From: Amoebophrya sp. A120
Lineage: Eukaryota; Protista; Dinoflagellata
Reading direction: 5' to 3'
DNA: 64,000 nt
Assembly: GCA_905178155.1 (NCBI GenBank)
Contig: CAJINV010000004.1
Coordinates: 5,124,619-5,188,618 of the forward strand
Shown: one piece after another, positions 46,204-58,300 of the stretch
Position numbering within the stretch: the first letter of the stretch is position 1
Layout of the letters: each line of letters begins with the position of its first letter
Notes under the pieces: generated by a model
The model's input: the letters and a program-made list of their open reading frames with translations, nothing else
Told to the model about the DNA's origin: nothing
Databases searched by the model: none
Translations under genes and position numbers: made by a program

Positions 46204-48275
46204 TCATGATCCGCCGAGTTTCGCGCCAGCTTCTTCAGCACTGGCCGAGGGTCCTCCAGAAGAGCCCGCTTCTTTCCCCGTAGTTCCACCATCCGACATA
46301 ACAGCTTCTTTCTTCCCGCCCTGTGGGTGCCTTGCTCCTGGCAGAGGACACGCGGAAATCGCCGCTGAAGAAAATGATGTCGCTGCAACATTTGTCCCCA
46401 CAGCTCCTCCATTCTTCTCCGTTTCCGCATATCTTGCTCCTTCGCCCGGCAAAATAACGCGCGCGTCGAACCCCGCACTGACGACGCACTCGACGAGCGC
46501 AGCTTCGAATGCTTTTCGCCGAGCCTCCCGCTCCACCTGGTACAACGCAATTTCGTCGTCGTCCGCTTTGGAAAGTGACTGCTGGGACTGCTGAGATGAA
46601 CAAGATTGATTCACTACCCCGTGACAACTTTTGTCCTTTTTCAGCACCGCCTTCGGCTTCACCTCCCAGTACAACACCGTAACCAAACCTTTTTCCAGCT
46701 GAATCAGCACTCTGTTGACCGGAACTTGTTTCGAGGTTTCAATCGCACCCCGAATGGCATTCACACAGGCGACGCAGCCCATGCCCTCCACCTGGAGCTC
46801 GATGATAGCCTCGCGGTCCGGGTCCGGGGAGAAGGAGTGGACGGTTTTGCCCGCGGCTTCGTCGCTCGATGGGGATGACCCTAAGTTGTTCAAACAACAA
46901 AAATCGACGCGCAATTATGACTCGAAGTGAGTAGTACTTGACGTTCATGTTCAGTTCTTGTACTTAAATCATGTTCTTCGTCTTACTTTTACCAGCATCA
47001 CACGACCAAAAAAACGCCCCATTTTTAAGCAGCCACAAGTACCTCCCGCGACACTCATCTTCCGCACGATTTCGTCGTTGTTGACAAAAAACACAAATTC
47101 CGGCAGAAACGCTAGCGACAGGGCGAGAAATGACGACACCATTGCATTTTTCACGTGATCGAGGTCTCGATTTACCACCGCCGCCTGGTACATCCCGAAT
47201 CCCTGGCTCAAAAACGTCAGACTCAGGAAAAACGGGCGCCACGGTCCCAGCACCGTGTTGAAGCCCGCGCACTATCGAACACAAAAGTGTTAACGTTCAC
47301 GGTTTTCTTTTTCACAGAATGCAGTCACGCATGACAATTTTTGCCCAATATGCATGCTATGCATGAGAAATTCGGGCGCCTTTTGTGATGCATTACTGCA
47401 TCACAAATTCCGTTAACGTTAACACTTTTCCCCGTGATAAGCACCCGACGGAAAACATGTTGAGAAACAGTTGTAACGCGCAGCAGCTGCCGGAGAGGGT
47501 GGAGAGAATCGTGTTGGTGGGTAAGTAGTGCAAGCTTTTCGTCACTGGGGAGAAAAGGGAAATAAACGGTGAATTTGCTACTTGTAGTTCCCTCGTTTTC
47601 TTTGACAGTTGCGCGGCCGCCCAGCCGAGCAATCCGTTCGCCGCGGTCCAGCCGAGGCAGCGGTACCCAAAATTCCTCCCCTCCGTCCAAAACACATCGT
47701 AGCGCTTGGGCGGGGATTTGGCGACAGGTGGATCGGCACTACTTGGCGAGGACGTAGTTGTAGATGAGGTCGTGCTAAACGAAGTAGAAGATGGCTGCGA
47801 CGCTGCATTCTTCGGAGATGCAGCAGGCTGCTGCGCGCCGACCGGACTCGTTTTTTTGTCCAGACCACAACTTGATGCAGTGGGACCATCCTGATCCGTC
47901 GCAGAGGAGCTGAAAGCGGACCTTTCTTCCGTTGCCTGCGCGCCCCCGTCCGCCGCGGCCCTTTCTATGGTCGTGGGTGAGGAAACTGAAACATCAGTCG
48001 ATTTTGAAGGTCCGATGGCGAGCGCCTCTGCTGGGTCCGCCTCTTCTGAAGACTTCTTTTGTGGACTCGGAGATGTCGAAGGCCGTGGCTTCTTATTCCC
48101 GGATTTCGTCCTGGTTTGTTGTGCAGTCGTGGTGGAGTGTACTTATCGATCTTGTTGGAACACGACAGAAAACCAAACAGATGAGATCTAGAAGCAACTC
48201 GTAAACTGAAAAAAGGTCTTACCCTCCGCCGGCGCCAGACTTGCTTCCGCCTCCCTTGTTGCGTTTCTTCGTCAT
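46204..48275 (-). CDS. Heavy-metal-associated (HMA) domain membrane protein
   Basis: SGSCCALQLFLNMFSVGC|AGFNTVLGPWRPFF across element 47273-47439. GT-AG intron 46881-47042. HMA motif LQVEGMGCVACVNAIRGAIE. First exon and start uncertain. Confidence 0.75.
47273..47439. mobile_element. Introner-like intron, singleton
   Basis: TATCGAACACAAAAGTGTTAACGTTCACGG...CCGTTAACGTTAACACTTTTCCCCGTGATA; TSD CGCAC/AGCAC (4/5). Confidence 0.87.
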
Positions 48276-49370
48276 ATTCCACAGATTTCAAACGCAACGA
48301 TGCAGCAAAATCAAGAAACACCAAGACGCGGCGAGAGAATAGAAGCTGCACGAGAAGAGGACACAACAACGACCGAACGCTGCATCCACTACCACGGAGA
48401 AGACAATATCAGTCCTATTTTACTGGTTTGATCGATTGTCGGCGCGCTGCCGTGTCGTTTAAGAACATCAACAAACGCGCAACGCCTGATCCTTCACAAT
48501 GAAGAAGCTTGGTATCTCCATAGCGCTGTTTTGAAACGACGAAGGAAAAACACACATTCACATTCGCCATCTGAATACCCTGCTTCCCAAAATTCATCCT
48601 ACACGAAAAATCGCCCCAGGGCGTTGCCGTGTGTTCCACTTTGTTCACCTTTTTTGCTGGCACCGTGTACAGGTAAAAAAATATGTTTTTCTTTGTCACT
48701 GGTAGGTCAAGCGCATTTTTATACAGCAGCTGCATTGAAGATTTCAATTGAGGTTTTTACCGCACGTGGAACATGAATCAATTGGAAACTGAGATTGATC
48801 AAGAAGAAACAAACGGACAAACAATGAAGTGGAATACTCTGTTGGAAAATCAAGCAGATTTAGAATAGATGTAAAGAGACACATGAAACCCTATTCTGGA
48901 GACCGGGAAACCGCTGCAAACCCAAAACAATATCTATGCAATATCCAAACCCTGGCAGCAACAGCATCGAAAGTTACTGGATCAACATGGCCACAACTTC
49001 AATCATAGACACACAGTGCTAATACATTGCTATGAGTCGAAGAGATAAAAAAAAATTTCATTTTGCCGCTAGGTACCTCGTCACAAACTTTGGCATTCCT
49101 CAATTTTACAAACTCTACTCAATGACGCTGGAATCTACTTAAGGTCTAATCAGGGTAGAATGCAAGAAACAATTCGGGGGTCGCATACCGCCCGAAACAA
49201 GATTAGTATGTGGAGTAGTGGTAGTGGAAATGTTTTCGTTTGACAAAAAAATCAAGCTAAAGCTATACCGGTAATATTCGACCTTTTCTTTATTATATCG
49301 TTTTCGCAATACATGATCATGACATAATTAAAGAAATCAAGACCCGAGGAAATCACGACTGCGACTCCTC

Positions 49371-51278
49371 CTAGTCGTCCCCGGTCGCGTCAGCACCGAG
49401 CTTAGCACGCAGTTCCTTTTGCTTCCGCGCATTCTCTCGCATTTTCTGATCCATCTTCTCCCACCCCAACTCGTCTGCATTATTCGTCAGCAATGTCACT
49501 TCTTGGTGCAGTTCCTGCAATTCCTGCTCCATCGCCGCGCGTTCTTCCCGCGTGTAACTTGTTGTACCCGGGTAACCAGCGTTGGTGGTACTGGTCCGGC
49601 TAGAAGTCGGATTTGCTGTGGATGTGGGCTTGCAGCTCTGACCTTCACGAGGTTCGGGGCGGGCTGAAGTTGTGCTACTGGCCACCAGTTGCAGGCCGCC
49701 AGATGCTCCGCCGCCGTCCCCCTCCTCGGTCTTGCTCTTTTTGCTTGGTGGATTTGTCGACGATGCGCTCGTGGCAGTGTTGTTGACTGTTGTAGAAGCC
49801 CGCTTCATGTTGCTGTCAACGCCGTGTTCTGTGCGTAAGCTATTCAGGACCTCATCGAGAGATGCGTAGTAGTTGTGGGTGGACGACAGTGCTGCTGCTT
49901 CCCGATGGTGCTTCACCTGGTGCTGGCCAACGGCAACGTCGGATGCTTTTGGTTGATTTGCTTGCTTTCCAGGTGCGGAAGACGAGAGCTGCGTTTGATC
50001 ATGCACAAGAACATCGCTTTTGCCTTTATTACTGGTGTACTGGTGCAGCATTGTTCCACCGGTTTTGTTGTTCAGCCCTTTGTTCCCCTGAAACTGAAAC
50101 GCGGCAGATGACGAAGACGAAACTGGAACATGATGATGTTTCACAGCAGGCGCTCCTATTTGCATCCCTTTATTCGCTTTGTTGGTTTCCATTTCAGTTT
50201 TCTGTTGATTTGTTGTTGCATTCGCGGGCACCGTCATTACTGATCCTTTTCCGAAAATGTACTTCTGCGGACCCGACTGTTGCACGGCCAGTTGCTTCAT
50301 CTCCGTAGTCAACTCCCCGCTTCCCCGCAATTGCTGGGCCTGCGCAACCGACAGTGTTGGTTTCTGCTGGGGGTAATTGTACAGAAGATCGCTTTCCTTT
50401 TCCAAAATCGCCAGGTTCATGGCTGCCATCCACATTTTCCCGCACTCTACGTTTTTTGCTACTTCCCCGCACAGGTTGTCCACTAACCGCCAGGCAAACC
50501 AGTTTAGCTGCAGAATGACGGAGTGCATGTTGTTTTCTCCTAATTCTTCGATGTAGTAGCTCGCCTGCACCCCCAGTGCGTGTTCACAGTAGGCTTGCGC
50601 GTGCTGCTGGCACTGGTTAACCTCGTTTTCATCTTGCCAATTGTCACCCGTCAGATCTCGTGGCAAGGGCCGCTCCTTCCGGTGGCTCGGATGGAAGTTG
50701 CCCTGGTTGTCAATGTTCGGTTTCCAAGGGCGCACCAGCGGATGGTCCAGCAAGTGCTTCCGCGGACGGTGGGAGTTTCTTTGCGCCAAGGATTTCTCGT
50801 GGTTCTGGATCACGTTGTTCGTGTGCCGCACAAAGGGCGTCTTCACGGGTTTTGAGAACTTCTTGTAGGTGCCGGGTTTCTTGTCCTGCAAAATCACTTC
50901 GGGCGGCGCACTGTGCGTGCGAAAAGTACTAGAACCCAGCGGTGGCGCGTAGCTGGCTTGCCACGATTGTTGCTGTTCAAATGGATTCTGGCCCGGATGG
51001 AGCGCGGGTCCTCTGGAGGATTGATTCCTATTGTTTTCCATTCGCCGTTGCTCGTTGTAGTTGTTCTTCGCTTGTTGCTCGCGGAAAAGAAGATGCTGCT
51101 GGGTTGCAGAAGCATTCTTGCGCTCCTGCTGCGCAAACTGCTTCACCTGCTGTTCGTAGTTGTCCTCCTGGCGGCTGGGCAGCAGCTTTTTCGGTTCCAT
51201 CGCCAGGTGATTCTTCTGGGCGAACTGCATGCTCAGATTGGAATTTTGCAGGCGCGGGCCCGGCGCATGATCTTCCAT
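49371..51278 (-). CDS. Gln/Asn/Ser-rich hypothetical protein (possible upstream exon in 51349-51813)
   Basis: 635-aa ORF with a coiled-coil-like C terminus. No recognised domain. Confidence 0.6.
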   Translation of the reverse strand: MEDHAPGPRLQNSNLSMQFAQKNHLAMEPKKLLPSRQEDNYEQQVKQFAQQERKNASATQQHLLFREQQAKNNYNEQRRMENNRNQSSRGPALHPGQNPFEQQQSWQASYAPPLGSSTFRTHSAPPEVILQDKKPGTYKKFSKPVKTPFVRHTNNVIQNHEKSLAQRNSHRPRKHLLDHPLVRPWKPNIDNQGNFHPSHRKERPLPRDLTGDNWQDENEVNQCQQHAQAYCEHALGVQASYYIEELGENNMHSVILQLNWFAWRLVDNLCGEVAKNVECGKMWMAAMNLAILEKESDLLYNYPQQKPTLSVAQAQQLRGSGELTTEMKQLAVQQSGPQKYIFGKGSVMTVPANATTNQQKTEMETNKANKGMQIGAPAVKHHHVPVSSSSSAAFQFQGNKGLNNKTGGTMLHQYTSNKGKSDVLVHDQTQLSSSAPGKQANQPKASDVAVGQHQVKHHREAAALSSTHNYYASLDEVLNSLRTEHGVDSNMKRASTTVNNTATSASSTNPPSKKSKTEEGDGGGASGGLQLVASSTTSARPEPREGQSCKPTSTANPTSSRTSTTNAGYPGTTSYTREERAAMEQELQELHQEVTLLTNNADELGWEKMDQKMRENARKQKELRAKLGADATGDD

Positions 51279-52367
51279 GGTCTTCGTCTTGTTTCCTCCA
51301 TACCTGGTCAGTGATTAGAGATTGAAAGTTAAAACTTTTATAATTACTTTAGCTTGTCTTTTCTTCAGCGAGGTTAAAGTCAAACCTCATCACCGTGCAC
51401 AGAAGAACGACCACGAGTACAAAAGCATCGGATCCTTCTGTAGAACATGACAAATTGCTTCGTGTTGATGTGTGATCAGTGTACCTGTGGTCCGCGATTG
51501 GCGCCGCGGGCATCTTCTTTGCCGACCGCTCAATCCTGCTACTGTTGGTTGCCATCGGAGTGACAAACTGCGCAGCTTCGCTCGGGTTCACCTGGACAAT
51601 GTCTCGCGCAACAAGATGATCCCCCAAGGACTCATTCCTTCTACCGGTGAAAGTACTTATTTTATTGCCACATGCAGCACGCTGGGCACAGGCACTGTGA
51701 TGGCTGGAGCGATTCGGGTTCGGCGGTAGATGAAACGCATTGGAATAATTGCCGCGCTTGTCGTCCTGGATCGGGGGCTGGTTGTGGTTGCGTGGTCGAC
51801 CGCTATTTTTCATCTCTCGTCCCTACTGATCAAAAGTCTTGCGATGTTTACGAACGTTAGATGTGAACAAGAAGTTACCTCCGCTCGTTTAGCTGGCACG
51901 CTGGATACCTTCTGCAAAGACAGCGCAAATGGATTTTCAACATACTTGGCGCGAGTTGTAATTATGTGTGTTACTTTCTTTCCAGCCCTCTTTAGAGAGA
52001 GGCAGGCTCAACGAACGGTGCTTGCCTTCGCTCACAGGAGTGAGTTGTTGCGCTAGTATGGAATTTCTACAACTCTCAAGAGGCCTCAACAAGAAAGAGG
52101 ATAAAAAAACGGTAACTTTCCCCGAGACAAGCGGAACCGATGATACGACCTCTTCGTAGCTTGGTTTTCCCCGAGAAGAACATCTTCCGAAAAGCAAGTG
52201 TGGAATGACAATGAGACAAACACGTCGCAATCGGTGGTTGATGTACGTGTAGGGCAGTGGCAGACGTACTGTCCCTCCCATGAATAGAATCATTTCATTT
52301 AGCACTAGCAAAACATAAGGTGCTGCGGACGACAAGAGTCACCACCACACGGCACAGCATGATGTGG

Positions 52368-55300
52368 TCACAAATGAAATGAGTGCAGGTCCATGTCTAG
52401 CCTTGGGTCGATGTCAAGCTTTACGTTGACCCCCAAATCTATCCTCCTTCTCCGCGCGGTACTCGTGCTCAAGAACGAGCTCTCGAGTAGCGACTGCGAT
52501 AATTGTCCCAGCTCGTCCATATCCACCTGTACATCCATTTCTTTCGTTGGCGCGGGAATGGCAGCTGATGGAATTCTTCTACTACTTCGTGCAGCATTTG
52601 TTCCTTGTGATTCTCCTCCCGCTCCTCCTTTCGTCGTCCACCTTAACACTCCTCCTGCGGAGAAGCTAGTAGAGGCCGATGAAGAGGACCCCGCTCCTAC
52701 GTCTTCTCGGTACTCGTGATCAGGACTGGTGGCCGCGTCCACCATAGTAGCCGCACCACCAGTGCAGGGATGCAACTGTTGACCCCCGAGGACCCCAGCA
52801 GGAGATCGCCCGGTTGTTGTGCATCGCGGATCGGCATTCGAAGCACTACAGCCCTTCTTGGGCGAAACGCCGTAGAAATCTTCCCAACTCCGGTCTTCTT
52901 CCTGGTGGTGCACGAGAAGTTCTTCCTCGCGGCCAGGTGCTGTTATGTTGTTGGGAGTTGCTCCTGTACTGTTTCTCCCGAACACTTTCGTGCGGTGCTT
53001 TATCTTCTTCGACGTGGTTCCACCAGTGGAACTACCCGCACTCCTAGTACCACCCTCCTCGGCGAAATCTTCTACCTCGTCCACCAATTCCTCACTTGTT
53101 CCTCGCGCCGGCGGCGTCGAGATCATGAAGAACTCCGCGCGAGACTGGTTCGACAGCGCGCGCTCCCGAGGCGGGTTCTCGAGGTTGTGCAAGCCGGCGG
53201 AGGACGAAGACGAGGATGATGTGTTGGAATGCGTGGAGATTTTGCTTTGCGCATTGAGCTGTCCCTGTCTTGAAGATGCGACGGCTGCATGTAGTTCATC
53301 GCCAGCTGCATTTACATTCTGCGAACCACCGGCAGCACTACCACCGTTGTTCCCACTAACCCTTCCACTAAAGCTGCAGCTCGATTCCGAGGGCGTCGGG
53401 CAGTAGTTTGGCGGTAAAGTAGAATTGCCCATGTGGTCCACGTTCCGCGTGCCGCCGAAGAACATGAAACGGCGCTCCGGACTTTGGTCCGCGTCTCTGT
53501 AGTAGAGGTAGGTGCCGCTGCCGCTGAGCGTTGGGGGCTGGTGCTGCTGTAGTACATGAGGTTCTTCTACTTCTTGTCCTACCGTGTCCTTGACCCTCTC
53601 TGTCGCATTACTAATCGTCTTGCTTCCCGCAGCGGCTGTCACAAACGAGGACGCCGCAGAGGACGTTTTGCTCGTCGAATGCATGCTTGAGGAGGCTAAT
53701 AGCTGCTCGCAGAAATGCTCGCCCTCGGTGGAGTATTCGAACTGCCCTTGTTGAAGCGTTTCTTGGGGTTCTTGCATCTGTTCTTGCTCCCCCATTAGTT
53801 GTTGCTCCGTTTCTGGTAGTGGTGCTTCTTCACCGAGCGTCAATGGATGATCTGGCGGATTTTGCTCCTCGGCATTTTTCTGGTCGTTCGCCTCATCCGA
53901 GACCACATTACCGCTATCTTTGGGTCGTTGCTGTGCAGGCTCGCCTGAAGATGTGGATGTACCAGCTGCACGACTATCTGCATTTCCAATTTCGCTTGTT
54001 TCTCCCTCTGCCTGAAAGTAGTCTTCATCCGTCGCAGTCACGGCGCGCACTGCGTCCGGCGATCCTTCGGAACTTGAGCCCCACTTCTCGTGCAACGGAC
54101 TGGAGGTCGCCGGACTCAAAACCGCGTCGAGGTTGTATTGATTTTCGTTGTTTATGTTTTCTTTTTCAACATCAGCAAGGGTGGGAGTTTTGTCGACGTT
54201 CAGGTCTTGATGTTGGGTCTCCTCGCGAAGGTCCATGTTGTTCTTTACGTCTTCCACATCGTGCCCAACCAGGTGCTCCGCAGTGTCCAAATCAAACTGG
54301 ACCTGGCTGGTTCTCTTGGAGAGGTATGCAGCTAGATAGAATGACCATCACCCTGCTCAATTCTTAATGCATACAATGCGCCCATCCACGACAGGGTACC
54401 CAATTTACACCTTTACACGGCAATAAAGGTGTGGATTGGGTACCCAATCGACGTCGATTGGGTACCCAATCCACACCTTTATTGCCGTGTAAAGGTGTAA
54501 ATTGGGTACCCTGTCGTGGATGGGCGCATTGTATGCATTAAGAATTGAGCAGGGTGATGGTCATTCTATCTAGCTGCATACCTCTCCAAGAGAACCAGCC
54601 AGGTCCAGTTTGATTTGGACACTGCGGAGCACCTGGTTGGGCACGATGTGGAAGACGTAAAGAACAACATGGACCTTCGCGAGGAGACCCAACATCAAGA
54701 CCTGAACGTCGACAAAACTCCCACCCTTGCTGATGTTGAAAAAGAAAACATAAACAACGAAAATCAATACAACCTCGACGCGGTTTTGAGTCCGGCGACC
54801 TCCAGTCCGTTGCACGAGAAGTGGGGCTCAAGTTCCGAAGGATCGCCGGACGCAGTGCGCGCCGTGACTGCGACGGATGAAGACTACTTTCAGGCAGAGG
54901 GAGAAACAAGCGAAATTGGAAATGCAGATAGTCGTGCAGCTGGTACATCCACATCTTCAGGCGAGCCTGCACAGCAACGACCCAAAGATAGCGGTAATGT
55001 GGTCTCGGATGAGNGGTGTAAATTGGCTACCCCGGGACTGGGTACCCAATCCACACCTTTCTTGCCGTGGAAAGGTGTAAATTGGGTACCCAGGGATTGG
55101 GTACCCAATCCACACTGGGTCCCAGTATGGATTGGGTACCCAGTGTAGATGGGACACTCTGGGTGCTTTTCAGTGCGGGCCGATTTTCCCGGGGGCCGAC
55201 GAACGGCAGTTGTGCATGCGGAAGCACGGCAACGCAGTTTGCTCCGGATCCCTTGGCGAACAAATGACAACACAAACCCACGAAAGTTTAAAATTTTATT

Positions 55301-58300
55301 TTTATTCGTCTAGGACTTCTCGCATTTTTCTCTTGTGATGATGCCAGACGACGCGAATTTTCAAAATTTTATTTTTATTCACGTTCGGGGACCGCGAAAT
55401 TTCAAAATTTTATTTTTATTAACATTCGGAAACCACGAATTTTCAAAGTTTTATTTTTATTGTGCGCTGCCTCTGAGATGCAGATGAGGAACTGTTCCCA
55501 CATGAAATGCAAAATATGGCTTGCACTGATGTACGCATTTGCGCATCACAGATTCCGGGTGAGAGTCAACATTTGATCTAGGGATAAGAACCGGGTCGAC
55601 TTGATTTCTGGCTTCACATTGTCCACCTCCTGCTCCAACGCATTCACCAACTCGGCGGCGTCACTTTGAAGAAGAACAACGTCGTTCTTTGTTTCATCAT
55701 CATCTCCTGTTGCAGATACAGCCTGTTCGCCTTTGTCTTCGTCTTGCTGCAGGTGGTCCAGCTTTGTTTCGTTCTCCCCGACCGCAATTCCACCACGAGA
55801 AGCTGCTGCTGCTGCTGGATCCTCACCCCCTTCTCCAACATTCGCAGTTCCGCGTGTCTTTCGCATCCTGTCCCGTTTCGCTGACAACCGCTCCCGCGGT
55901 GACGCCGAAGCGAGTCTTTGGTCCACGACGGATTTGAAATCTGGCTTCTTCAGCCTAGAAGTTCTTGTACCAGGCTTTTCAAATTTGAATTTCCGCCGGA
56001 CAATTTCCGCCCAGTTCTTACGTGCGTTCGGGTCGACGCCAACGACCTGTTCTGCTTGTGGCTCGACGGCTCCTGGTGGAGCAGCAGTTGATGTAGTCCC
56101 ATCGTTTTTTACGTCCGCTTGTAGTTCCGCAGTACTTTCATTTTTTGCGTCTGCCACAAAATCTGCTGTTGAATCATCCCCAGCTTCGCCAGCATCAGAG
56201 GTATAGATTTCCACATCCTGCGTCGCTTTGGAAAGTTCTGCTAGTGGGATGTTGCCGTCGTCGACGACTGCTGGCTGGTTTTGTTCTTCCTCGATGTTAT
56301 TTCGACCATTTTCACTCCATTCCATAGTCTCGGTTGTAGTGGGTGCAGCAGCTGTGTCTGCTCGTTCCGCATCTGGAGTGAATATTGGGTCCACTGCCCC
56401 CGCAAGCGTGGTCGACGACGACGTCGGGAGATTTTTATTACCCAATGATTCCCCGCCGCCCCTGTCTTCAAGGAAACTATCCTCTTCCGGGGAAACCAGC
56501 GGGGAGTCAGGCACTGGGACGGCCATCGCATCACTTTCCCCGGCGGCAAGTTCCGCAAGGCCGGCGGGTAAGAGAGACGGCTGGGTCGTTATGTCTTCGT
56601 CTTGTTGATCTTGAACTTGATCTGCATTTTCATTTTCTTGCGTACTATTGACATCGTATCTCTGGGCCGTGGCAGTTGTCTCCTGGTCTATCACGACCAT
56701 CGCGGCCTGCGGCTGCTCCCCATCTTCATCTGGTTCCTCGTCTAAATTCGACAACTCCAGGAGGGACAAATCGCCAGCTGCATCGGGCTCCGCGATGACC
56801 GGAGCTTCGGGCGCTACTCCCATCTCTTGTTGTATCGTTTCGCTCGTTTCGACTGCTCCTCCACCTCCAGCTGCTGTTGAGTTGAGCATGATGTTCTCTT
56901 CCTCCACTTCCCTGTCCGCTTGCAGCACCGCCTCGCGGATCGATGCGCGAACACTCTCAGCGACGTCTTTGCCTTGATCTAGTACCTGCTGGGGGTTCGG
57001 CGAGCCTGCATCCTCATTAGTTGCACGAATTATATCCGCGGTCGGAAGTTCTACACCAGCATTTATTTGACCTGTAGTTTCCGCTCTTCCGTCTCCTTCG
57101 TTTTCGGAGGCGCTCGGAGCGCCAAAATTTACCGACGCGGTGGCCCTCTGCGTCGTAGCCGTAGTGCTGTTGGCAGCTGCGACCTCAGATGATGTTGATC
57201 CGGCATTTGGTTGTTCTGCAACAGGCATTTTCACCGCATCACCCTCTTCAACGCTAGATGATACGTCAGCACCTGCTGTGGCCGTTGCGGGCGGCTCATG
57301 TTCATCTGGCTGATCTTCTCCTGCATCTTTTTCTAGTAGTACGGGTGCAATCCCAACTTCCTCCGCCTCCGAGTTGCTGCTCGGTGCGCCGAAGCTGACG
57401 GAAGCGTTCGCCCTTTGCGGAAAAACAATGGCTGCACCAGACTCCGCTACTTCTGCCCCGCCCCCGACAGGGGCGTCCTCTCGAGCCTCATCAAGATCCG
57501 ATGAGCTAGGGGCGCCGAAAGTGATGGACGCATTCTGTCTTGTTGCCGGAATTACTGGAGCAGCACTATCTACTGTGTTGGTGTTTTCCTCATCTTCACC
57601 ATCCGCATGATTCCGTTCTTGTCCATCGGCGTTCTTGGCCGCTTCAGACGCGCTGCTTTCCCCACCATCTCCGAACGCCACTGAGGTGTTCGGCCGTCTG
57701 AAAGACAGCTTTGCTAGGCTGATATTGCCGTCCCCCTCGTCGTCTTCGTCTACGATGTCTTTTGAAGATCCTGCAGCACCGTGCGTATTGTTGTTCACCA
57801 TTCCGTCAAGAACTTCAGGAGACACAGACGGTCCTTCACCAGATCCAGGGAGCTGTTGTTCTCCAAGTTCACCTTCTCGTCCTTCGTCAGGAGTACCTTG
57901 CGGACGCACCGGTTGTGAAGTCACTTTTGTTTTCTCCTCCGCTATGACATCACCGGCGGCCAGATTATTGTCCTCTTCGTCGTTGTTCTGCGCGTCGTCC
58001 CCTAGTTGCGCTTGCGCCGGCACTGCCTGTGCCTCTACCAGTCCACCAACTACAACATCTTCTTGCGGGGGCATATTGATTTCAATCGCCGGCGGTTCGG
58101 TCAACGGGGGCGACCGCGACTTGCCGCGAAAGTAGTCGTCCACAATGGTTTCCTTCGACAACCCGTCGCTTTCCGAGACCACAACCAGCGGTAATGGGCT
58201 ACTGGCAGCGATGGTCGTGCTCGTGGTCGGCGGTTGTTCTTGCTGCGATAGTTCTGGGTCGTCTGCGGAGGACAACTTTGGCTGCAGCAATGGAGGTAGT

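Larger units (their letters stand above)
54325..55586. mobile_element. Introner-like intron, singleton, enlarged by a nested repeat and an assembly gap
   Basis: TATGCAGCTAGATAGAATG...CATTTGATCTAGGGATA; TSD AGAGG/AGAAC (3/5); GCATCACAGAT motif near 55543; removal restores frame. Confidence 0.6.

Noticed and set aside
54615-55148. Plus-strand ORF identical to the start of ORF 52368-54290
   Set aside because: It is the mirror arm of the palindrome and runs through the N, so it is not an independent gene.
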